From Gemmatimonadota bacterium (GTDB taxonomy: Bacteria; Gemmatimonadota; Gemmatimonadetes; Gemmatimonadales; GWC2-71-9), in the NCBI GenBank assembly GCA_041486305.1, contig JBGPLG010000007.1:12801-76800 (forward strand): a stretch of DNA of 64,000 nt, in the 5' to 3' direction. Made by a program: the position numbers and the translations under genes. Under the pieces are notes generated by a model, which was not told the DNA's origin, made no database searches, and was given only the letters and a program-made list of their open reading frames with translations. Shown here piece after piece: positions 56,125 through 64,000 of the stretch (position 1 is the first letter of the stretch; each line of letters starts with the position of its first letter).

Positions 56125-57404
56125 GTCGGACGCGCTTCTTTCCCCTTCATCAGCCGCGCGGGGCCGATCCCCTTGCCGCCCAGCTTCTCGTTGATGTCGT
56201 CCACCGCGGTCGCCAGACGGCGATCGCGGGGCGTTTCGGCGTCTCTCGCGGTTTCGGGCAGGAGATTGAGCTGGGCCGGCGCCTCTCCTGCGGAAAGATG
56301 GGAGAAGGACACGCCGAGGAGGCGAGCGGCGGTTCGGCGCCTGGACCGGAGGCTCTTGAGGAGCTCCATCGCAACCCCGAAAATCGCGCGGTCGGTCCGC
56401 AGCGACTTCGGAACCGTCTTGCCGGCCTGCCGGGTCTTGAAGTCGTGGTCTCGAATCTTGACGGTGATGCACCCGGTCGAGAGCCCTTCGCCGCGCAGCT
56501 CGGCGGCCAGCGCGGTGACCAGCCGGAGCAGACGGGTGTCCAGGGCGTCATCGGAGACGATGTCTCGCGAAAAGGTCTCCTCGTGGCTCATGGAGCGGGC
56601 TTCCTCGTGCGGCGTCACATCATCGCCGCTCCGGCCCCGAATCCTCTCGAACAGCCAGCGGCCCGAGCGCGGGCCCAGCCACTGCTCGAAAGTCTGGGTG
56701 TCAACCTTGAGCGCGTCCTTGACCCGGGTCAGCCCATATCGGGTCAGCGTGGCCTGAAGGCGCGGTCCAACTCCGGGGAGGTCGGCGAGGGCGTGCCCGG
56801 AGAGGAAATCCGCCTCGGCCCCGGGAGGGACGATCAGGACACCGGTCGCGCCGGTGCCGGGCCGCGGCTTGGCTCGCTCGGCGGCGAGCTTGGCCACCAG
56901 ACGGTTGGTCCCGCCGCCGATGGAGAGAGTCATGCCGGTACGGATCCGAACATCTTCGCGGAGGCGCCGCGCGGTCTCCTCCAGCGGCTCACCGCGGTAG
57001 ACCGCCTCGGTGCCGGAGAGGTCGAGGTAGAACTCGTCGATGCTGGCCGGCTCCACCGCCGGCACCCATTCATCGAGCACCGTTCGGATCTCCTTGTGCT
57101 TCACGCCGCACGCCTTCCCCGGCACCGGAACGAACATCGCTCCGGGGCAGAGCCGGGCTGCACGCGCGATCGGCATGCCGGCCTTCACTCCGAAGGCGCG
57201 GGCCTCCCACGATGCCGAGCAGACCACTCCCCGGCTGTTGGCGCGACCGCCCACGACGAGCAGGGGCGCTTTTCCCGCTCCATCGGGATCGACGAGCCGG
57301 GCCACGGCGGCGAACATGGCGTCGCAGTCGGCGAGGAGGATGCGGCGCGGGTTGGACAGGGGGCAGCGACCTGTGAGGTGGGGGCCAGGCAAAGCTACTC
57401 GCAC
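56112..57404 (-). CDS. dinB: DNA polymerase IV (Y-family translesion polymerase)
   Basis: Motifs: ILLADCDAMFAAVARL (catalytic DxD region), VVCSASWEARAFGVKAGMP, ASIDEFYLDLSG, and LPGVGPRLQATLTRYGL (HhH). The start is ambiguous: GTG at 57404 or TTG at 57392. The ORF track's 57671 start adds non-conserved sequence. Confidence 0.85.
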   Translation of the reverse strand: MRVALPGPHLTGRCPLSNPRRILLADCDAMFAAVARLVDPDGAGKAPLLVVGGRANSRGVVCSASWEARAFGVKAGMPIARAARLCPGAMFVPVPGKACGVKHKEIRTVLDEWVPAVEPASIDEFYLDLSGTEAVYRGEPLEETARRLREDVRIRTGMTLSIGGGTNRLVAKLAAERAKPRPGTGATGVLIVPPGAEADFLSGHALADLPGVGPRLQATLTRYGLTRVKDALKVDTQTFEQWLGPRSGRWLFERIRGRSGDDVTPHEEARSMSHEETFSRDIVSDDALDTRLLRLVTALAAELRGEGLSTGCITVKIRDHDFKTRQAGKTVPKSLRTDRAIFGVAMELLKSLRSRRRTAARLLGVSFSHLSAGEAPAQLNLLPETARDAETPRDRRLATAVDDINEKLGGKGIGPARLMKGKEARPTQIR

Positions 57405-57454
57405 CCCATATCTCGGAGTCCAGCCCTTCTTGCCGAAATGGGGCCGCCTGGCTA

Positions 57455-57476
57455 ACTTGCTAGACGTCCAGCAAGT
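57455..57476. promoter_or_regulatory. 22-bp near-palindrome ACTTGCTAGAC-GTCCAGCAAGT, candidate TetR operator
   Basis: The arms ACTTGCT and AGCAAGT are perfect 7-mers, with a central GACGTC. It lies 35 nt upstream of the tetR ATG (57511), in the divergent region shared with dinB. Confidence 0.4.
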
Positions 57477-57510
57477 CGTATCTACCGCCCCCGGGTGGGG
57501 ATAAGGGAAC

Positions 57511-58182
57511 ATGGCCAAGACCACCAAACCGGAATCCCGCGAGCGGGTGCGCGACGCCGAACGCACCCGGGAGCTCATTCTCGACGCCGCCGAGCGTCTC
57601 TTCGCCGAAAAGGGGTACGAGGAAACCTCCCTCTCCGATGTGGGCAGGCTGGCCGGGGTCTCCCGCGCCACGCCGGGCTACTTCTTCGGCTCCAAGGCCG
57701 ACCTCCATCACGCCGTCATCGAGCGCTGCTTTGCCGATGTCCGGCGGGCGGTGCGGGAGGGCAAGGCGCGCGCGCTGGCCAGTGGGCAGACGCCCGAGGT
57801 GGTCCTGGCCGGCGCGGTGGGAGACTACGCCGACTTCGTGGCGGCGCGCCCCAACTTTGTCCGGCTGATCGAGCGCGAGGCGCTCTCCGACAGGGTAGTG
57901 CTCGACGGAATGCCGCTCCGGCTTGCCGTATGGCAGGAGGCGCTGGCGGCGTTCCGGCAGGAGCTGGGGTTGGACATCACCGACACCACCGAGGCCGCCC
58001 ACCTGCTCCTCTCGCTGGTGGCGCTGACCTGGTTCCCCATCGTGCACGGCCAGACCTTCCTCAAGGCCGTCGGTCTCGATCCCAACGCTCCGGACTTTGC
58101 CGAACAGCGCAAGCGCCACATCACCACGCTTCTGCTCGGCGCCTTGCGCGAGCGCGCCGCGAACACCTCTACCTGGACCTGA
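57511..58182 (+). CDS. TetR/AcrR-family transcriptional regulator
   Basis: [48 protein letters not shown] is the TetR HTH. Confidence 0.9.
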   Translation: MAKTTKPESRERVRDAERTRELILDAAERLFAEKGYEETSLSDVGRLAGVSRATPGYFFGSKADLHHAVIERCFADVRRAVREGKARALASGQTPEVVLAGAVGDYADFVAARPNFVRLIEREALSDRVVLDGMPLRLAVWQEALAAFRQELGLDITDTTEAAHLLLSLVALTWFPIVHGQTFLKAVGLDPNAPDFAEQRKRHITTLLLGALRERAANTSTWT

Positions 58183-58184
58183 CC

Positions 58185-60059
58185 ATGACCGATGTGATGA
58201 AGCCCCCCGTCGAAAAGTTCCCGCCCGCGGGCAAACCGGTCCTGGCCACCGAGCAGGAGGCTCGCGAGGTCGCCGAGGCGGCCCGCGAGGTCGAGTGGTC
58301 CGCCAGCTTCGTGAAAGAGCTGTTCGAGGGCCGATTCCGGCTGGACCTGATTCATCCCTTCCCCGAGCCCAGGCCCGAGGACGTCGCCAAGGCCCAGCCG
58401 TTCTTCGACAAGCTGGAGGCGTTTCTTCGGGATCATGTGGACAGCGACCGGATCGATCGCGAGGGGAAGATTCCCCCGGACGTGATCGAGGGGCTGCGCG
58501 CGATGGGGGCCTTCGGCATCAAGATCGACGAGCAGTACGGCGGGCTCGGCCTCTCCCAGCTGATGTACACGCGCGCCATCGGCCTGGTGACCAGCATCGA
58601 CGGGAGCCTGACCGCGCTGCTCTCGGCCAGCCAGTCGATCGGCGTGCCGGTGCCCCTGAAGCTCTTCGGCACCGAGGCCCAGAAGAAGAAGTACCTGCCC
58701 CGCATCGCGAAGGGCGCGATCTCGGCGTTCGCGCTGACGGAGAATCATGTCGGAAGCGACCCCGCGGGCCTGGAGACGAGTGCCAGGCTGTCGGAGGATG
58801 GGAAGTACTGGATCCTCAACGGCGAGAAGCTCTGGTGCACCAACGGCACCGTGGCGGAAGTGATGCTGGTCATGGCGCGCACCGGTCCCAAGAGCATGAC
58901 TGCGTTCATCGTGGAAGCGGATTGGCCCGGGGTGGAGGTGGTGCAGCGCCTGCACTTCATGGGCCTCAAGGCCATCGAGAACGGCCTGCTGCGGTTCCAC
59001 GATGTGAAGGTGCCGGTCGAGAACATGCTGTGGGGCGAGGGCAAGGGCCTGAAGCTCGCGCTCATCACGCTCAACACCGGGCGCCTCACGATTCCGGCCG
59101 GCTGCGTGGCAGGAGCCAAGCGGGCTCTCGAGATTTCACGGGAGTGGGCGGCCGAGCGGGTGCAGTGGGGCCAACCCATCGGAAAGCATGATGCCATCGC
59201 GCAGAAGCTGGGCCGGATGGCGGCCGACATCTTCGCCATGGAGGCGGTGGCCGAGCTGGGTTCGCTGCTGGCGGACCGCCCCCGAACCGATATCCGGCTT
59301 GAGGCGGCGATCGCCAAGATGTGGAATACCGAGGTCGGGTGGCGGATCGTGGACGACACCCTCCAGATCAAGGGCGGCCGGGGGTACGAGACGGCCGATT
59401 CGCTGCGAGGCCGGGGTCAGAAGCCGGATCCGGTCGAGCGGATGATGCGCGACTGGCGCATCAACCTGATCTTCGAGGGCTCCAGCGAGATCATGCGGTT
59501 GTTCATCGCGCGCGAAGCGGTGGACACCCACCTCAAGGTGGCGGGAGACCTGGTGAACCCGAAGGCATCCGGCGCCACGAAATTCAAGGCGCTGCTCAAG
59601 GCCGGACTGTTCTATTCGGTCTGGTATCCCAAGCACTTCTTCGGCTGGGGGCGCTGGCCGCGCTACGCCGAGTTCGGGCCCTTGGCCACCCACATGCGGT
59701 TCGTCAACCGGAAATGCCGCAAGCTGGCGCGCAGCCTGTTCCTATCGATGGTGCGGTTCGGGCCCAAACTGGAGAAGAAGCAGGCGGTCCTGTTCCGTCA
59801 TGTGGAGATCGGCGCCGAGCTGCTGGCCATCAGCGCCTCGTGCAGCCGGGCGATGATGATGGTGAAGAAGGACCCCGCCAACCGGGGGCCGGTGCGGATG
59901 GCCGACGTCTTCAGCCGGCAGAGCCGGCGCAAGGTGAATCAGCTGTTCGGCAGCGTGTTCCACAACGACGACAACGCGACCTACCGGCTGGCGCAGAGCG
60001 TGCTCAAGGGCCAGGAGACCTGGCTGGAGGAGGGGATGGTCAGACTCGGGGAGCAGTAA
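58185..60059 (+). CDS. Long acyl-CoA dehydrogenase family protein (about 624 aa)
   Basis: ACAD blocks are present: [55 protein letters not shown], and [19 protein letters not shown]. An additional C-terminal domain follows. The gene begins 2 nt after the tetR stop. Confidence 0.9.
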   Translation: MTDVMKPPVEKFPPAGKPVLATEQEAREVAEAAREVEWSASFVKELFEGRFRLDLIHPFPEPRPEDVAKAQPFFDKLEAFLRDHVDSDRIDREGKIPPDVIEGLRAMGAFGIKIDEQYGGLGLSQLMYTRAIGLVTSIDGSLTALLSASQSIGVPVPLKLFGTEAQKKKYLPRIAKGAISAFALTENHVGSDPAGLETSARLSEDGKYWILNGEKLWCTNGTVAEVMLVMARTGPKSMTAFIVEADWPGVEVVQRLHFMGLKAIENGLLRFHDVKVPVENMLWGEGKGLKLALITLNTGRLTIPAGCVAGAKRALEISREWAAERVQWGQPIGKHDAIAQKLGRMAADIFAMEAVAELGSLLADRPRTDIRLEAAIAKMWNTEVGWRIVDDTLQIKGGRGYETADSLRGRGQKPDPVERMMRDWRINLIFEGSSEIMRLFIAREAVDTHLKVAGDLVNPKASGATKFKALLKAGLFYSVWYPKHFFGWGRWPRYAEFGPLATHMRFVNRKCRKLARSLFLSMVRFGPKLEKKQAVLFRHVEIGAELLAISASCSRAMMMVKKDPANRGPVRMADVFSRQSRRKVNQLFGSVFHNDDNATYRLAQSVLKGQETWLEEGMVRLGEQ

Positions 60060-60091
60060 GCGGCAGCAGTAAGGGAGACCGGGGAGCGGCG

Positions 60092-60120
60092 GGGCGCGGC
60101 AGTTGCCGCGCCCTTCTTTT
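60092..60120 (+). terminator. Rho-independent terminator GGGCGCGGC-agtt-GCCGCGCCC followed by TTCTTTT
   Basis: It has a perfect 9-bp GC stem, a 4-nt loop and a T-rich tail, about 30 nt after the ACAD stop codon. Confidence 0.7.
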
Positions 60121-60134
60121 CGCCGTTTCCCGGC

Positions 60135-63100
60135 TTACGGCGTGCCATTGTGGACGATGAACTTGCCCCCTCCGACGGCAATCCCGGCCGCCCAGGCCAT
60201 GGCCGCCTGATTGGACAGCTTCGGATTGTTGTCGACGTTCAGCGTTCCAGCGATCGAGGCGAGGGAGCCCAAGAGGGAGGAGAGCACCAGATTGTTGTCG
60301 ATGTTCAGCGTTTCGCCTACCGTGCCGCCACTGAATTGAATCAAGGTCAGGGACTTGTTGTGGTCGATGTTTAGAGTCCCGAGGACCTGAACCGGTCCGC
60401 CGAAGGGAATCACCGTGAGCGCGTCGTTGTTGTCGATGTTGAAGGTCCCGCCCGCCTGGATCGGTCCGTTCAGGTGAAGCGCCGTGAGCGCGGGGTTGCC
60501 GGCAATATTCAGCGCCGCGCCGTCCGCCTGAAATACCCCGTCCACCTGGAGCGTCGTCAACGCGGGATTGAGGTTGATGTTGACTATACCGGGAGTACTG
60601 ACCGACCCGATCACGACCGTCTGGAGGTCCTGGTTCTGGCTCAGATTGATGACGCCCGCGGCCGTGTTGAAGGCTCCCATAATCAGACTCCGGAGCCCCT
60701 TAACCTGGTCGATGTTGACGCCACTGGCCGTCTGCCCCACTGCCTGCAACGACGGGAAGAACAGACTGTACGGGCGAACCACTGCGCTTGCGCCTCCCCC
60801 GCCGAGGGTTCCGCCGATGATGTGGGTGAGCGCCGTGAGACGGATCGGCAACAGAGACGTGGTGGTCGGCGTGGTGACGAACCGGTTCACATCGGTGTAG
60901 AAATGGCCGCCCACGGTGGTGAGCGCGGGAAGATCGAGTGTCGAGAGATGGTCGAGCTCGTTCACCATCAGGCGCAGGTCGCCGTCGATCGTTTGGAGGT
61001 TGGCGAGCGCGGCGACCGACGTGAGCCCGATGCCGCCAATCGTCGCGGCGTGCCCCACATCGGTGATCGACCCGACGTCATCGAGATTGACAAACAGCGG
61101 GTTGCCTTGAATGTCGAGCGCACCACCGACCGATGTGACGTTGCGGAAGATCGACGCGTCGAAGAGGTTCTTGTTCTTGACCATCCGGATATCGCCCGAC
61201 ATGATCGCCGGAGGTGCGTGGAGGCCGCCCAGCGTCGTCAACCCGTCCATGGCTTCCAGGTCGAGGCCGCCGTAGTCGAGCGTGCCGAGTGGTCCGAGCG
61301 TGGTGACTTGGGGAATGTTCCGAAGCTTGAGGGTACCACCCACCTTGATCAGCCCCGCCAATCCGGTGAGCTTGGAGATTGAACCCGGCCCCACGATCGT
61401 CAGGTCGCCGGTGACTTCCCGAAGCCCCCGAAGCTCGATCAGATCCGTGGTTGTGATAGGGTTTCCGGAGGTGGCCGGCCCGATCGTCAGGTTGCCGACG
61501 AACTTTCGCACGTTCGAAATGCCCACCAGCGCCTGCTGCGACAGGATGGTTACGTTGCCCGTCACGGTGGTGCCGAACGGGCGGGTGACCGTGAGGAAGT
61601 TGCAAATGTTGTCCAGAAACGCCCCGTTTGACGGATGGATGCAGCTCATCATCAGGGCGGTGAAGTCCTCGGCGCCGGTGGGAGTGACCGCACCGGAGAG
61701 ATGACCCCCCGCATCGGTCTGGAGGATTTGATTGCCGTCGGTCGTGGTGCCGAAGAGATCGAGAGAGACCTTGAACACGATGTTGGCGAGCTGGGGCACC
61801 GTGTGGGTGATCGGCGAGAACTTGACGCCGTACGTGAGGTCGAGCTGAGCGAGCTGGCCCGGCGTGGGTGTGGCCGGGAAATCCGCCAGGGTATTCATCA
61901 CGCTCACGCAGGACCGGTGGGTCACCGCCAGGAGATCGAGCCCGTGCGCGACGTCGTCGATCGTCCAGGTCGCGGCGATGGCCTGCAGCATGAACGCCCG
62001 TACCGCGTCGACTGCGAATACTCCGGTCCCGCTGTTCGAGCACCGGGCGTTCAGGGAGTTGATCCCGTCGGTCAGCGTCTGGCCCAGCGCCTGGCGGATC
62101 GCCTGCTCCTCGGGGACCAGGCGGCCGCGGATTCCGCCAATCCGCACTTCCGCGTCCTTCAGGTAGAACAGCCATTGGTCGGCCTCATAGGCGGCCTTGA
62201 AGAGCGGGTCCGGCAAGAGTGCGCTCGCCATCTGGGGCAGAATGACCTGGGCTTGCCAATCGCGGAACAACTTCAGAAACGTAGACAGCGAGGACTGCAT
62301 CACTTCGGCCGCGGTGACCGCGCTGATGAAACCACCGGTGCCGCTCGACTGGGTCGGTGGCGGGGGCTCGGGCGGGAACTGGGCCGGGACGAATTGCCCC
62401 CACCCGCCGACCGAAAAGTGGGGCACCGATAGCGTCAGGGTGTCGCCGCTCCTTGTGGCCGGGGTCAGCGCGGTCACCTGGCCGGAATCATCGGCGATGT
62501 ACCCCGCGATCGCCGTACCCGCAATCGGGGTGAGCGGTGCAACGACGCGGAGGGTGAGGGGCTTGAGGAACGTCGTGCCCGTCGGTTCGAGCTTCACCCC
62601 GGCGAAAAACTGTCCCGAGGCGGGAAGCTCACGCAACGCCGTCAACGGCCGCATGACGATCTGAACCGGGGCGTCCAGTGCTGCCTTGGGAACCGTCAGC
62701 AGGAAGGTCGTCTGGCCGGACGAGAGCGTCAGGCTGCCGCCATTGGAGCCGATCGAGCCCTGGGCCGAATGGGTCGAGTCGATTTCGATCCGGGCCGGAG
62801 CGGTCACGACGACGTTGGCAACCCCGTTCCTGCCCTCGACCGTTGCGGTGATCGAGGCGGTACCCACCCCAATGGCCTTGACCAGGCCGCTCGCCGAGAT
62901 GGTCGCCACGGTCAGCGGGCTCGCCGACCAGGCCGGAGTCTTGCCCGAGACAGGGTTCCCGCTCTGATCCTTGACCGTGGCCGAGAACTGGAGACTGTCC
63001 CCGGTTTGAAGATTCTTGGTCGCTGGCGTCACGTCCACCGTGGTTACTACCGGGGCGGGAGGCGGTGGGGGCGGTGGCGGGTTGGGCGCGACATCCCCAC

Positions 63101-63200
63101 TTCCGCCACAGGCGAGGATCAGGAGGCCGACCGCCGCGAAACCAAGGCGAGACAGGCGGTGGCGGTAGCCCGGCTGGAAGGCGTGCATCGGGGGCTCCAT
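60135..63200 (-). CDS. Large surface lipoprotein: poly-Pro linker, Big_2-like Ig domain, central region, and a C-terminal LRR/receptor-L-like solenoid of about 480 aa
   Basis: It has a lipobox (GLLILACGG) followed by [12 protein letters not shown]. The Ig-like part reads VTPATKNLQTGDSLQFSATVKDQSGNPV...ATISASGLVKAIGVGTASITATV. The C-terminus carries about 22-24-aa repeats such as GTLNIDHNKSLTLIQFSG, GTFNIDNNDALTVIPFGG, LNIAGNPALTALHLNG and GTLNVDNNPKLS. The start is at 63200 or 63188. Confidence 0.75.
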   Translation of the reverse strand: MEPPMHAFQPGYRHRLSRLGFAAVGLLILACGGSGDVAPNPPPPPPPPAPVVTTVDVTPATKNLQTGDSLQFSATVKDQSGNPVSGKTPAWSASPLTVATISASGLVKAIGVGTASITATVEGRNGVANVVVTAPARIEIDSTHSAQGSIGSNGGSLTLSSGQTTFLLTVPKAALDAPVQIVMRPLTALRELPASGQFFAGVKLEPTGTTFLKPLTLRVVAPLTPIAGTAIAGYIADDSGQVTALTPATRSGDTLTLSVPHFSVGGWGQFVPAQFPPEPPPPTQSSGTGGFISAVTAAEVMQSSLSTFLKLFRDWQAQVILPQMASALLPDPLFKAAYEADQWLFYLKDAEVRIGGIRGRLVPEEQAIRQALGQTLTDGINSLNARCSNSGTGVFAVDAVRAFMLQAIAATWTIDDVAHGLDLLAVTHRSCVSVMNTLADFPATPTPGQLAQLDLTYGVKFSPITHTVPQLANIVFKVSLDLFGTTTDGNQILQTDAGGHLSGAVTPTGAEDFTALMMSCIHPSNGAFLDNICNFLTVTRPFGTTVTGNVTILSQQALVGISNVRKFVGNLTIGPATSGNPITTTDLIELRGLREVTGDLTIVGPGSISKLTGLAGLIKVGGTLKLRNIPQVTTLGPLGTLDYGGLDLEAMDGLTTLGGLHAPPAIMSGDIRMVKNKNLFDASIFRNVTSVGGALDIQGNPLFVNLDDVGSITDVGHAATIGGIGLTSVAALANLQTIDGDLRLMVNELDHLSTLDLPALTTVGGHFYTDVNRFVTTPTTTSLLPIRLTALTHIIGGTLGGGGASAVVRPYSLFFPSLQAVGQTASGVNIDQVKGLRSLIMGAFNTAAGVINLSQNQDLQTVVIGSVSTPGIVNINLNPALTTLQVDGVFQADGAALNIAGNPALTALHLNGPIQAGGTFNIDNNDALTVIPFGGPVQVLGTLNIDHNKSLTLIQFSGGTVGETLNIDNNLVLSSLLGSLASIAGTLNVDNNPKLSNQAAMAWAAGIAVGGGKFIVHNGTP

Positions 63201-63318
63201 TGGCAACGCTGGGGTTATCCACTGAACGCCTTGGGCGGTCCGGATTCTCACCGGTGCCGGAGGCCGGCCCCGCACCCCCTTCCCCGCCGGTCCAATGTCG
63301 GACGCCTGCCGCGGCCCA

Positions 63319-64000
63319 TCAGGGACGGATGTGGATGTTGTCCAGCACGATCTGCTCGTGTCCGCCGGGGAGGTGCCCCATGAATCCGTTGTCGTCCTGC
63401 TCGAACCAGATCGTCACGCTCCTCCCGGCCCAGGCCGAGATGTCGAGCTGCCGGGTAAAGATCTGGAGCACGTTGTCCGGCCCGCCCACGATGATCTCGT
63501 CGTCCAGGGTGTGAAAGGCGCCATCGAAGATCCGCACAATGAACCGGGCGTCCGCCCCATCGCGATTGTGGCCCCAGACGTCGAACTGCAGGGTGGTGAT
63601 GTTCGAGGGCAGGGTGAACGATTTCGTGATCCAGGCGTTGGGATTTCCCGGATCACCGGTTCCATCCATCTGGATCACGCCCTTTCCATCCATCGCTCCG
63701 ACGTCCAAGAGCCACGTTGACTTGCCCCAGTTGCCGGCACAGCAGGAACCACCCAGGCCACCCAGGGTCCACCCCTCGGCGTCGAGATCGAACGTGAAAT
63801 CGAATCTCTGGGCCGGCGCCACGGTGATGGACAAGGCATGGCTCTTCGTCGAGCTGCCGCTGGCGACCCGTGCGGTGAACCCGAAGACTCCGTTCGTCTG
63901 TGGAGTCCCGGTGATCGCTCCAGTTTGCGAATTCAGGAACAAGCCTGGAGGCAGTGCACCCACCAGCAAGCTCCACGCATAGCTCCCGGGGCCGCCGGTC
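63319..64000 (-). CDS. Surface protein, C-terminal part (putative Ig/He_PIG repeat plus jelly-roll-like domain); 5' end outside the window
   Basis: The frame stays open from 63969 to 64000 (my translation: ..TGGPGSYAWSLVGALPPGLFLNSQTGAITGTPQTNGVFGFTARV). This matches the YxWSL..G.LP.GL.L...TG.I.GTP putative-Ig repeat. The 'M' at 63969 in the ORF track is a TTG codon. Confidence 0.6.
   Translation of the reverse strand, partial: TGGPGSYAWSLLVGALPPGLFLNSQTGAITGTPQTNGVFGFTARVASGSSTKSHALSITVAPAQRFDFTFDLDAEGWTLGGLGGSCCAGNWGKSTWLLDVGAMDGKGVIQMDGTGDPGNPNAWITKSFTLPSNITTLQFDVWGHNRDGADARFIVRIFDGAFHTLDDEIIVGGPDNVLQIFTRQLDISAWAGRSVTIWFEQDDNGFMGHLPGGHEQIVLDNIHIRP

Noticed and set aside
57405-57510. LexA/SOS box in front of dinB.
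   Set aside because: Neither CTGT-N8-ACAG nor GAAC-N4-GTTC type motifs are present. The only palindrome there fits a TetR operator better.

Overview
GC-rich bacterial chromosomal window. Codon third positions are almost all G/C, and most real genes have long antisense 'shadow' ORFs. The gene content suggests Gemmatimonadota or Acidobacteriota (inference only): PadR-linked ATPase-less ADOP/FtsX permeases, CarboxypepD_reg-type TonB receptors, several ECF sigma/anti-sigma pairs and a complete Alternative Complex III operon. I call about 50 protein genes, packed into co-directional blocks whose neighbours often share ATGA/GTGA/TGATG stop-start overlaps. By eye I found no rRNA, tRNA, CRISPR array, transposase or integrase. 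All family calls rest on motifs I recognise in the translations; no searches were run.

Main points:
1. A four-gene, translationally coupled cluster at 34838-39064 (Spt-like oxoamine synthase, large GNAT, extended SDR, C1-less PAP2) looks like a ceramide/phosphosphingolipid pathway laid out in reaction order. This is my best candidate for an undescribed system in this lineage.
2. An exported operon at 11623-15370 joins an Ntn penicillin/AHL-acylase, a small membrane protein and a metallo-beta-lactamase-fold hydrolase.
3. The palindrome TTGTGAA-N4-TTCACAA (CRP/FNR-like) occurs upstream of both a cupredoxin gene and the ACIII operon.
4. Two genes are disrupted: a D-aminoacylase by a 1-nt frameshift, and a tandem IorB-type molybdoenzyme paralog by TGA at a conserved Trp codon.
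5. A six-gene efflux operon (TetR, TolC, MFP, RND, unknown protein, MsbA-like ABC exporter).
6. A PilT ATPase with a duplicated N-domain next to an internally repeated small protein.
7. Stand-alone TonB 'plug-like' secreted proteins.
8. A 59-aa ribbon-helix-helix ORF below the ORF-track cutoff, coupled to an SPFH gene.
9. A large LRR-solenoid lipoprotein.
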